A stretch of 39,106 bases of DNA from an uncultured Candidatus Saccharibacteria bacterium (lineage in GTDB: Bacteria; Patescibacteriota; Minisyncoccia; Phycocordibacterales; UBA9973): NCBI GenBank assembly GCA_964611515.1, contig CAZTAH010000002.1:14390-53495 (forward strand), read 5' to 3'. The translations under genes and the position numbers were made by a program. This document shows positions 7,585-14,986 of this stretch, in pieces; position 1 is the stretch's first letter, and every line of letters starts with the position of its first letter. The notes beneath the pieces were generated by a model, which was not told where the DNA came from, searched no databases, and worked only from the letters and a program-made list of their open reading frames with translations.

Positions 7585-8863
7585 ACTGGAAGACATTAGG
7601 GTTAAAGAAAATTCTGCTACCTCCTCTTTTCCAAAAGAAAAAAGAGAGGAAGTTTTTGTTCCTAAGATAGAACTTAAAAAAACAAAGCCCGTAAAAGTTA
7701 AGAGGAAAAAACCACTAAAGATCTCAAGTGGGTTCCAAGTAGGCAAGGCTTTAATAGTAGCTCTCTATGTCAGTATTATCATATCAGCTTTTTTTTGGGG
7801 AAGTAATTTTTTCCAAAAGGCTAAGATGGAATTAAAGGTGAGGAGAGAAAAAATAGATCATTCTTCTACTATTATTGGATTAAGTTTAGATAAAAAAGAT
7901 TATGAAATAATGATAAATACAGAAACTTATAATGAGTCCGTAGGTTTCTCAAACTCTGAAAAAATATCATTTAAATCCCAAGGAGCAATAAAATTATTTA
8001 ATTACTTTAGTACCTCCCCAATCTACCTATCAGCTGGATCTTTTGTAAAAGATGATAGAGGCTATCCTTATATACTAAAAAGCAATGTTTCTATCCCTGG
8101 GCTTAAGTCAGAAGATGATGTAGTTACTCCTGGCGAAGTAGAGGTAAAAATAGAAGCTTTTTTAGCTGGAGAAATTTACAACGGAGAACCAGTAAAATTT
8201 ACAATAGACTCTTTTGAGGGGACAAATAAATTTGAAAAAGTTCATGGACACTTGACGGAGGAATTAACAGGAGGAATTGAGGGTAAGGTATATAACTTAA
8301 GCGAAGAAGACAAGGTGTCTTTAGTTGACTTAGTTAATTCTAGGATTAAATCAGATATAATTAATCAATCTTCATTACTTATACCTGAGGGTTATATTTT
8401 TTATCCAACTTTATCAGGTATCTCTTATTCAATAGAAGATGAGATCACATCAGATAAGCCCGCCCTTAAGATCCCTATACGCGTTACACTGGGGGCTGTT
8501 TTAATTAAAAAAGATAATTTAAAGAAAATAATACTAGAAAAATCCATAGAAAACTTAGAAGAGACAGAGGTTGATTCCATAAAACTAGAAGGACTTGAAG
8601 ACATGGAGGTTGTTTTTGAGAAAAAAGAAGAGATAGACAAAAACACTAAAGAAATTAAACTAAAAATAGATGGAACATTAGAGGCTATTTGGTTCCCAGA
8701 TATTAATATAGTTAAAAAAGAATTAGTCGGAAGAGACAAGGAGGAGATTTTGTCTATATTAAAGAAAAATAAGGGAATAGAAGCAGCCAAAATTTCTATT
8801 TATCCTCCTTGGCAAAAATATATGCCGGAAGAAGAAAGCAGGATTGATATAGTCCTTGATTAA
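7571..8863 (+). CDS. Single-pass membrane protein of unknown function (Lys-rich cytoplasmic N-terminus, one TM helix, large extracytoplasmic domain)
   Basis: 14-nt overlap with the preceding ASKHA gene. TM segment ALIVALYVSIIISAFFWGSNFF. No recognisable family motif. Confidence 0.5.
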   Translation: MEKIKLEDIRVKENSATSSFPKEKREEVFVPKIELKKTKPVKVKRKKPLKISSGFQVGKALIVALYVSIIISAFFWGSNFFQKAKMELKVRREKIDHSSTIIGLSLDKKDYEIMINTETYNESVGFSNSEKISFKSQGAIKLFNYFSTSPIYLSAGSFVKDDRGYPYILKSNVSIPGLKSEDDVVTPGEVEVKIEAFLAGEIYNGEPVKFTIDSFEGTNKFEKVHGHLTEELTGGIEGKVYNLSEEDKVSLVDLVNSRIKSDIINQSSLLIPEGYIFYPTLSGISYSIEDEITSDKPALKIPIRVTLGAVLIKKDNLKKIILEKSIENLEETEVDSIKLEGLEDMEVVFEKKEEIDKNTKEIKLKIDGTLEAIWFPDINIVKKELVGRDKEEILSILKKNKGIEAAKISIYPPWQKYMPEEESRIDIVLD

Positions 8864-8898
8864 TTGTATTATTCAGAGTATAATTATTTTTGTTGATA

Positions 8899-9114
8899 AT
8901 GGAAGAAAAGAAAAAGAAAAACATAGCAACAGGTACGGTTATAGAATCTTTGCCTAACACTCTATTTAAAGTAGAACTGGAGGGGGGAGAAACCGTTTTG
9001 TCCTACCTTTCAGGGAAAATGCGAATTCATAGAATAAGAATATTAATAGGAGACTCTGTGGATGTTCTTTTGGATCCCTATGGAGGAAAGGGTAGAATAA
9101 TAAAAAGAAATTAA
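8899..9114 (+). CDS. infA: Translation initiation factor IF-1
   Basis: GTVIESLPNTLFKVELEGGETVLSYLSGKMRIHRIRILIGDSV S1-fold signature. ATG at 8899 is preferred over the track's TTG at 8890. TATAAT at 8879..8884. Confidence 0.9.
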   Translation: MEEKKKKNIATGTVIESLPNTLFKVELEGGETVLSYLSGKMRIHRIRILIGDSVDVLLDPYGGKGRIIKRN

Positions 9115-9179
9115 TCTATTAATATCCTTGCTTTTTTTGTGAAAATAGTCTATCATAATGAAACAATATATTTAAAAAG

Positions 9180-9210
9180 ATAAGGTATCAATCCTTATGT
9201 TTTTATTTTT
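9180..9210 (+). terminator. Weak hairpin plus T-run between infA and rpmJ (terminator or attenuator)
   Basis: ATAAGG-tatcaat-CCTTAT followed by GTTTTTATTTTT, with an A-run upstream. Confidence 0.35.
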
Positions 9211-9223
9211 ATATAAAATTAAG

Positions 9224-9334
9224 ATGAAAGTTAAAGCCGCTGTAAAAAAAATATGTCCAAAATGTAAAATAGTAAAGCGCAAAGGTCGTGCGCGTGTTAT
9301 TTGTTCTAATCCTAGACATAAACAAAGACAATAA
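9224..9334 (+). CDS. rpmJ: 50S ribosomal protein L36
   Basis: Hand translation gives [36 protein letters not shown], with the CxxC...C..H zinc-ribbon pattern. It sits in the canonical position between infA and rpsM and is below the ORF-track length cutoff. Confidence 0.9.
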   Translation: MKVKAAVKKICPKCKIVKRKGRARVICSNPRHKQRQ

Positions 9335-9336
9335 TT

Positions 9337-9717
9337 ATGAGAATATTAGGAATAAATATCCCTGACAATAAGCGACTGGAGATAGGCCTCACTAGTCTTT
9401 ATGGTATAGGTCTCACTAAATCTAGAAATATATTAGAGGAGGCTGGTATTGACAAAAACCTAAAGGCTAAAGACCTCAACACAGAACAAGAAAATGCTAT
9501 TCGTAAAACAATAGAAACAATGTTAGTAGAAGGTAGTTTAAAAAGAGACATAGCTTCTAATATTAAAAGACTTAAAGATATTAAATCTTATAAAGGAGTT
9601 AGGCATTTGCTAAGACTACCAGCTAGAGGACAAAGAACTAAGACTAACTCTAGAACAGTAAGGGGTAATGTTAGAGTGACCATGGGTAGCGGAAGAAGGA
9701 AAGCAGAAAAAACATAG
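9337..9717 (+). CDS. rpsM: 30S ribosomal protein S13
   Basis: MRILGINIP...YGIG...YKGVRH..LPARGQRTKTN signature; synteny. Confidence 0.95.
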   Translation: MRILGINIPDNKRLEIGLTSLYGIGLTKSRNILEEAGIDKNLKAKDLNTEQENAIRKTIETMLVEGSLKRDIASNIKRLKDIKSYKGVRHLLRLPARGQRTKTNSRTVRGNVRVTMGSGRRKAEKT

Positions 9718-9751
9718 AATTTGAAGATTTTAATTATATTTTTAATCATTT

Positions 9752-10201
9752 ATGGGAAAAGTAAAAATAATAACGAAAGAAGGTGAGGATCTAGATAACC
9801 TAAAAGCCAAGGCTGAGAAGCAGGTTGGGGCTAAATCTAGAACTCCAAAAAAGAAAATAGTAGCAGGAACCTTGCATATAGAGGCTACTTTTAATAACAC
9901 TAAAGTTTCTCTTTCTGACAAAGAGGGTAATATTGTTTTTTGGACATCAGCTGGCTCATTGGGATTTAGGGGTGCTAAAAAAGGAACTCCTTTTGCCGCA
10001 GGAAAAGCAGGAGCTGTTATTGGAGAAAAGGCTAAAGCATTAGGGATAAAAGAAGTCGATGTAAAAATTAAAGGAGTAGGAAGTGGAAGAGAACCCACAA
10101 TTAGGGCTTTTATGTCTTTTGACATAGAAATAACTTCTATACAGGATATCACCCCTGTTCCTCATAATGGCCCAAAGCCAAGAAAACCAAGAAGAGTGTA
10201 A
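9752..10201 (+). CDS. rpsK: 30S ribosomal protein S11 (with an N-terminal Lys-rich extension)
   Basis: GTLHIEATFNNTKVSLSD..GN...WTSAGSLGFRGAKKGTPFAA...DITPVPHNG.KPRK.RRV. Confidence 0.95.
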   Translation: MGKVKIITKEGEDLDNLKAKAEKQVGAKSRTPKKKIVAGTLHIEATFNNTKVSLSDKEGNIVFWTSAGSLGFRGAKKGTPFAAGKAGAVIGEKAKALGIKEVDVKIKGVGSGREPTIRAFMSFDIEITSIQDITPVPHNGPKPRKPRRV

Positions 10202-10202
10202 T

Positions 10203-10814
10203 ATGAAAAAAGTTCCAAAATATAAAGTTTGCAGAAGATTAGGATCAGGGGTATATGAAAAATGCCAGACTCCAAAATATGTAGCTTCAGAAAACCGTCA
10301 CTCTAGGTCTCTTAGGGGTGGACGAAGACCTAGACCTCTTTCTGGTTATGGTCAGCAATTGCTAGAAAAACAAAAAGTTCGTTTTATGTATGGTATTAGT
10401 GAAACCCAATTTGTTAATTATGTAAAAAAGGCAATAGGAAACAAAGAAAAAGCTGCTACTGAATATCTTTTTGAACTATTGGAAAGCAGGCTAGATAATG
10501 TAGTTTATCGTTTTGGACTAGCAGGGACGAGAAGACTAGCTAGGCAGATGGTCTCACACGGTCATATTGTAGTTAATGGTAAAAAAATTAATGTTCCATC
10601 ACATATTTTAAAAGAAGGAGACATTATAACAGTCAGAGAAGGCAGTAAGAAAAGTGTTTTATTTGCTGATATGGCTACTAAGCTGAAAGATTACACCTGT
10701 CCAAATTGGTTAATCTTTGATCCTAATAACTTAACTGGAAAAGTTCAGGGCAAACCGAAGAACATTGAAGGATTTATAGACTTAGATACAGTGTTAGAAT
10801 TTTATAGTCGTTAA
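10203..10814 (+). CDS. rpsD: 30S ribosomal protein S4
   Basis: KYKVCRRLG, YGQQLLEKQK, and the S4 domain LDNVVYRFGLAGTRRLARQMVSHGHIVVNGKK. ATG at 10203, just after the rpsK stop, is preferred over the track start at 10167. Confidence 0.93.
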   Translation: MKKVPKYKVCRRLGSGVYEKCQTPKYVASENRHSRSLRGGRRPRPLSGYGQQLLEKQKVRFMYGISETQFVNYVKKAIGNKEKAATEYLFELLESRLDNVVYRFGLAGTRRLARQMVSHGHIVVNGKKINVPSHILKEGDIITVREGSKKSVLFADMATKLKDYTCPNWLIFDPNNLTGKVQGKPKNIEGFIDLDTVLEFYSR

Positions 10815-10879
10815 TTATGCAACAGGTCATTTTTATAAATTATTAATCTAGACTATTATAGTCTTTAAAAAATTAAATT

Positions 10880-11863
10880 ATGTTTGAATCTAATATAATA
10901 CTCCCGTCTAAGATGACTGCTATTCTAGAAGAAGGAAATAAGGGAATATATGAAATAGATGGCCTTCATCCTGGATATGGCTATACTCTAGGAAACTCTC
11001 TCCGAAGAATTATACTTTCGTCTTTAGGAGGAGCCGCCATTACTTCTGTTAAAATAAAAGGAGTGGATCATGAATTTTCTACCATAGAAGGAGTGAGAGA
11101 TGATGTTATTTCCATTCTTCTACACTTGAGAATGATTAGGTTTCGTCTGCACACAGATGAGCCCCAATTAGTCATTCTTGATTTTAAGGGTCCTAAATTA
11201 GTAAAAGCTGGAGATATTAAAACTGGTGGCCAAATAGAAATACTAAACAAAGATTTATATATAGCAGAAATAACAGGAAAGACAAACTTAAATATAGAGA
11301 TGACTGTAGAGAAAGGATTAGGATTTAGACCCAAAGATGAATATCAAAAAACTAAAAATGAAGTAGGAACCATTAGCTTAGATGCTATTTTCACCCCAAT
11401 AAGAAGGGTTTCTTATGAAGTGGAAAACATGAGAGTTGGAGACAATACTAACTATAATAGACTACGAATAACAATAGAGACTGATGGAAGCTTTACTCCT
11501 AGAGAAGCCCTAGAGAGAGCAATAGTTATAATGATAGAACAATTACATTCAATACTAGGATATACAGTAGACTTAGACGCCATAAAAGAGGAGGTGATTA
11601 TAGAAAAAAAAGAAGAGGAAGTGACTGAGGAGGAGAAATTGAAGCAAAAAGAAAAAGAATATACTGATTTCTTAAAAACAAGAATAGATTCTTTGTCTCT
11701 TTCAACCAGAACCTTGAATGCTTTATCTGAGGCTGGAATAAGAACAATAGGAGGAATAGCAAGAAAGAAACAAGAAGATATATTAGAAATAGATGGTATT
11801 GGAACAAAGGGTATTCAGGAAATAAAGAAAATGCTAGGCGAATACGGTATAACCTTAAAGTAA
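10880..11863 (+). CDS. rpoA: DNA-directed RNA polymerase subunit alpha
   Basis: GYGYTLGNSLRRILLSS N-terminal-domain signature. C-terminal-domain HhH SLSLSTRTLNALSEAGIRTIG. Synteny after rpsD. Confidence 0.93.
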   Translation: MFESNIILPSKMTAILEEGNKGIYEIDGLHPGYGYTLGNSLRRIILSSLGGAAITSVKIKGVDHEFSTIEGVRDDVISILLHLRMIRFRLHTDEPQLVILDFKGPKLVKAGDIKTGGQIEILNKDLYIAEITGKTNLNIEMTVEKGLGFRPKDEYQKTKNEVGTISLDAIFTPIRRVSYEVENMRVGDNTNYNRLRITIETDGSFTPREALERAIVIMIEQLHSILGYTVDLDAIKEEVIIEKKEEEVTEEEKLKQKEKEYTDFLKTRIDSLSLSTRTLNALSEAGIRTIGGIARKKQEDILEIDGIGTKGIQEIKKMLGEYGITLK

Positions 11864-11873
11864 TTTAATTAAC

Positions 11874-12227
11874 ATGAGACACCATAAAAGAAAAAGAAAG
11901 CTTGGGAGAGAAAAGAATCAAAGAAATGCCTTAATGAAAGGTCTTATGCTATCTCTTATTGCTCATGGTAGAATAGAAACCACAGAAGCAAAAGCCAAGG
12001 AGCTTAGGCCCATGATTGAGAAGCTAATCACTAGAGCAAATGTTGGTACTCTGGCTTCTAAGAGATCCATAGTTTCTGTTTTATACAATAAGACAAGCGA
12101 GGCTAATAAATTAATAGAAGAAATAGCTCCAAAATATAAAGGAAGAAATGGTGGATACACTAGAATTACCAAACTTCCTCGTCGTAGCGGAGATGCTAGC
12201 AAGATGGCAATAATAGAATTTATTTAA
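11874..12227 (+). CDS. rplQ: 50S ribosomal protein L17
   Basis: MRHHKRKRKLGR...R.AL...L...LI.HGRIETT.AKAKELRP, GGYTRI. Confidence 0.93.
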   Translation: MRHHKRKRKLGREKNQRNALMKGLMLSLIAHGRIETTEAKAKELRPMIEKLITRANVGTLASKRSIVSVLYNKTSEANKLIEEIAPKYKGRNGGYTRITKLPRRSGDASKMAIIEFI

Positions 12228-12228
12228 C

Positions 12229-12579
12229 ATGACCACTATTCATACAATAGATGCACAAGAGAAAATATTAGGAAGAGTAGCCAGTGAGGCGGCTAAGCTT
12301 TTAATGGGGAAAAATCTTCCTACCTATGCTCCAAATATAATACCTGATGTAAAAGTAGAGATAATCAATGCAAGTAAGACTAAAATGACACAAGACAAGA
12401 AGGAAAAAACTCTACATGAAAGATACTCTGGGTATCCAGGGGGATTAAAATTTAGAACGAGCCAAGAGGTGATAGATAAAAAAGGATGGAAGGGTCTTTA
12501 TGAGATGGCAGTATATGGAATGTTGCCTAACAATAAACTAAGGTCTAGAATGATGAGACACTTGGAAATAATAGATTAA
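12229..12579 (+). CDS. rplM: 50S ribosomal protein L13 (short, 116 aa)
   Basis: ILGRVASEAAKLLMGK...YSGYPGGLK...AVYGMLP.N.L. Starts 1 nt after rplQ. Confidence 0.88.
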   Translation: MTTIHTIDAQEKILGRVASEAAKLLMGKNLPTYAPNIIPDVKVEIINASKTKMTQDKKEKTLHERYSGYPGGLKFRTSQEVIDKKGWKGLYEMAVYGMLPNNKLRSRMMRHLEIID

Positions 12580-12580
12580 T

Positions 12581-12994
12581 ATGGATAAAAAGAGTATAAA
12601 AAATAAAAAATACTTAAGAGCTGTAGGGAGGAGAAAAATGGCGGTAGCGATAGTGACGCTAAAAAAATCAAATAAGACTTCTTTTTCCATTAATGGAAAA
12701 GAACTAACTGATTACTTTAAAACACTAGAGCTAAGAAAAACAGTGACAGGGGCTTTTGAGGTTGCTGGTTCAAGTCAAAAGTTTGAAGTTGTTGTTACTA
12801 CTAGAGGTGGTGGAATACATGCTCAAGCAGAAGCTGTCAGACATGGAATAGCTAGAGCTTTAGTATTATTTGACGAAGAACTCAGGGTGCCGCTAAAGAA
12901 AGCCAAAATGCTTAAGAGGGACCCAAGAAAAGTGGAAAGAAAGAAATTTGGACTAAAGAAAGCAAGGAAAGCTGCACAATGGAGTAAAAGATAG
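12581..12994 (+). CDS. rpsI: 30S ribosomal protein S9
   Basis: AVGRRK.AVA.V.L...GGGIHAQAEAVRHGIARAL..........LKRDPR.VERKK.GLKKARKA.QWSKR. Confidence 0.95.
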   Translation: MDKKSIKNKKYLRAVGRRKMAVAIVTLKKSNKTSFSINGKELTDYFKTLELRKTVTGAFEVAGSSQKFEVVVTTRGGGIHAQAEAVRHGIARALVLFDEELRVPLKKAKMLKRDPRKVERKKFGLKKARKAAQWSKR

Positions 12995-12995
12995 G

Positions 12996-13028
12996 AAGAC
13001 CCCCATGAAAGTGGGGGTTTCTTAGTTT
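12996..13028 (+). terminator. Rho-independent terminator of the ribosomal protein operon
   Basis: ACCCCCA-tgaaag-TGGGGGT hairpin followed by TTCTTAGTTTT. Confidence 0.7.
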
Positions 13029-13039
13029 TAATAAATTTT

Positions 13040-13606
13040 ATGAAAAATAAAAAAATTTATATTATAATATTTCTAGTTATCATAATAACATTGGAAGGTT
13101 TTTTTATCTGGAAAAATATAGACAAGGCCATAATACTTATAAACTACACGAGAAGCTTAAGAACATGGAATGAGCTTGTAAGGGAAAAAGGTGGTTCTTA
13201 TTTCTATCAAACATCTTTTGGTTCCATGGAGGGAAACTATAGTAATAAAACTAAAATTACTGTTAAAAATAATATTCCAGTAGCCAGAGAATACGAAGAA
13301 TCAATCTCAGAAATTGATTCGGTAGACCCAGTAACAAAAATGGCCTCATTTAAAAAAGAGATCTTGAGTCAATACAGCGAAGATGAGTTAAGTTTAGGAA
13401 AAAATCAAAAAGGTCACCCAGCCATAACCATAGATTCTTTATATAAAAAGTGTAGAGATAAACTAGATGTATCACCCAAAGAAAATTATATTTATTTTGA
13501 AACCAATGATCATGGTATAATTTCAACTTGTGGTTATACTCCAATAGATTGTATGGATGATTGTTTTAACGGAGTAGATATTGCCTATTTTGAGTGGATT
13601 GAATAA
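13040..13606 (+). CDS. Small exported or membrane-anchored protein of unknown function with a Cys-containing C-terminus
   Basis: N-terminal hydrophobic segment IYIIIFLVIIITLEGFFIW. C-terminal cysteines (CRDK..., STCGYTPIDCMDDCF). No family recognised. Confidence 0.5.
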   Translation: MKNKKIYIIIFLVIIITLEGFFIWKNIDKAIILINYTRSLRTWNELVREKGGSYFYQTSFGSMEGNYSNKTKITVKNNIPVAREYEESISEIDSVDPVTKMASFKKEILSQYSEDELSLGKNQKGHPAITIDSLYKKCRDKLDVSPKENYIYFETNDHGIISTCGYTPIDCMDDCFNGVDIAYFEWIE

Positions 13607-13630
13607 TTAAATTATTTTTACTATTTTTAT

Positions 13631-13657
13631 TTTATTCAAAAGTCACTCTTGAATAAA
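13631..13657. promoter_or_regulatory. 9-N9-9 inverted repeat TTTATTCAA-N9-TTGAATAAA overlapping the -35 of the putative grpE promoter
   Basis: The arms at 13631..13639 and 13649..13657 are exact reverse complements. TTGAAT (13649..13654), 17 nt, TATATT (13672..13677), then ATG 7 nt further on. Confidence 0.35.
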
Positions 13658-13684
13658 TTTTGAAAATTTTGTATATTAAAAAAT

Positions 13685-14263
13685 ATGAAAAAAGATAAAA
13701 ATAAAAAAGACAAAGACTTTGAAGATATTTCTATTGTGGAAAGCACAGAGGACGGTCTAGAGATTATAAAAAAAGATAAAAACTCAAAGTTAAAAGAAGA
13801 AATTAAAAAAATTAAAAAAGAAAAGGAAGATTATTTGTCAGGATGGCAAAGAGCAAAAGCTGATTATATAAACCTGCAAAGAGAAATGGAAGAAATAAGA
13901 CTAAATTCTTCTGTTTTTGCAAAAGAAAAAATGCTAGAAAATCTGTTGCCAGCTCTGGATAGCTTTGATATAGCTTTTTCTGATAAAAATTTCTGGGAAA
14001 AAGTAGACAAAGAATGGAGAACTGGGATTGAGTCTATTTATCAACAAATTATCTCAGGGCTAGAGAAATCAGATATACAAAAGATCAATGAAAAAGGTAT
14101 TCCTTTTAACCCTGCTATTCACCAATCTGTGGAAAAAATAGAAACAAAAAAGAAAGAAGAAGATCAGATAGTAGAAGAAGTCTTACAGATAGGTTATAGA
14201 ATAGGGGATAGAACAATTCGTCCCGCCAAGGTTAAAATACTAGAACATAAAAACCATTCTTAA
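13685..14263 (+). CDS. grpE: Nucleotide exchange factor GrpE
   Basis: Coiled-coil N-terminus, then RAKADYINLQRE, LLPALDSFD, FNPAIHQSV, GYRIGDRTIRPAKV. Confidence 0.9.
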   Translation: MKKDKNKKDKDFEDISIVESTEDGLEIIKKDKNSKLKEEIKKIKKEKEDYLSGWQRAKADYINLQREMEEIRLNSSVFAKEKMLENLLPALDSFDIAFSDKNFWEKVDKEWRTGIESIYQQIISGLEKSDIQKINEKGIPFNPAIHQSVEKIETKKKEEDQIVEEVLQIGYRIGDRTIRPAKVKILEHKNHS

Positions 14264-14276
14264 GAGAATGGTTTTT
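14249..14276. terminator. Bidirectional hairpin overlapping the stop codons of convergent grpE and the PaaX-like gene
   Basis: AAAAACCATTCT-taag-AGAATGGTTTTT, a 12-bp perfect stem with an A-run on the left and a T-run on the right. Confidence 0.65.
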
Positions 14277-14796
14277 ATTTTGAAAAAAGAGACAAAAATT
14301 GATCTCTGCTTTCTGTATCTATTTTATCTGTAACTATTATTATTACTTCAGAAGTTAATCCTAAATCTTTTTTTATATTAGAAAATAAGTGCTCAAAGGG
14401 GTACATAGACACCCACATAGAGTTTTTCAAGCAGGCAAATCCTGCTTTTTTTAATAAGTAACGAAAAGAGTCTCTTTCTTTTTTTCTTTCTTCTGGTAAA
14501 TCAAGAATAATAATTCTCCAATATCCATCCCACTTGGTAGAAATAAGGCTCTCGTCATTCTCTAAATAAAGTTGATTAAATTTTTGTTTCCCTTGTTGGG
14601 TTAGGCGAAAATATTTATTATTATCAGACTCTAAGCACTCTATCAATCCCTCGTATTCCATATTTTTAACAGAACGAGAAATAGCATATTTATCCTTGGG
14701 TGATTTAGCTGTTTTTTGTAAACTCTCAAGAGAAACAGTTTTTTTTCTAGCTAACTGCTTTAATATATCCTTATGTGTGCTTCTTTTTTTTCTCAT
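14275..14796 (-). CDS. PaaX-like transcriptional regulator (winged HTH plus Cas2-like central domain)
   Basis: N-terminal wHTH-like segment (ILKQLARKKTVSLESL...MEYEGLIE...YFRLTQQGKQ). WDGYWRIIILDLPEERKKERDSFRYLLKKAGFACLKNSMWVSMYP matches the PaaX-family W.G.W.i..fdiPe..R..R..lr..L...GF..l..svWv.P pattern. Confidence 0.6.
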   Translation of the reverse strand: MRKKRSTHKDILKQLARKKTVSLESLQKTAKSPKDKYAISRSVKNMEYEGLIECLESDNNKYFRLTQQGKQKFNQLYLENDESLISTKWDGYWRIIILDLPEERKKERDSFRYLLKKAGFACLKNSMWVSMYPFEHLFSNIKKDLGLTSEVIIIVTDKIDTESRDQFLSLFSK

Positions 14797-14851
14797 AAGT
14801 CTTAATTACTAAGGTTACACTTGATTATTGTATCACTATATTGTATATTAT

Positions 14852-14881
14852 ACAAGTATTTTGCGGTCGCAAAATACTTGT
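14852..14881. promoter_or_regulatory. Perfect palindrome ACAAGTATTTTGCG-GT-CGCAAAATACTTGT; candidate operator shared by the divergent PaaX-like and dnaK promoters
   Basis: 14-bp arms that are exact reverse complements, with a 2-bp centre. It overlaps the dnaK -35 (14878..14883) and abuts the reverse-strand TATAAT (14847..14852). Confidence 0.6.
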
Positions 14882-14906
14882 CAAAAATAACAAAAGAAGA
14901 TATAAT
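14878..14906 (+). promoter_or_regulatory. dnaK-dnaJ promoter candidate
   Basis: TTGTCA (14878..14883), 17 nt, TATAAT (14901..14906), about 80 nt upstream of the dnaK ATG. Confidence 0.55.
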
Positions 14907-14986
14907 GCTTTTAGCATAGCTTTTAATTAGCAAAAAGTATGTTTTCTTAATTTATTAATTATTAATTATTAAACAATTTAAAAAAT

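Noticed and set aside
9158-9175. Five-codon mini-ORF (MKQYI*) in the infA-rpmJ spacer as a regulatory leader peptide.
   Set aside because: It begins 1 nt after the putative -10 hexamer and has no features of attenuation peptides. Short ATG...TAA strings are expected by chance in AT-rich spacers.
14911-14935. TTAGCA...TTAGCA upstream of dnaK as a possible CIRCE element.
   Set aside because: The two TTAGCA words are direct repeats, not inverted. There is no GAGTGCTAA partner and the spacing does not fit TTAGCACTC-N9-GAGTGCTAA.
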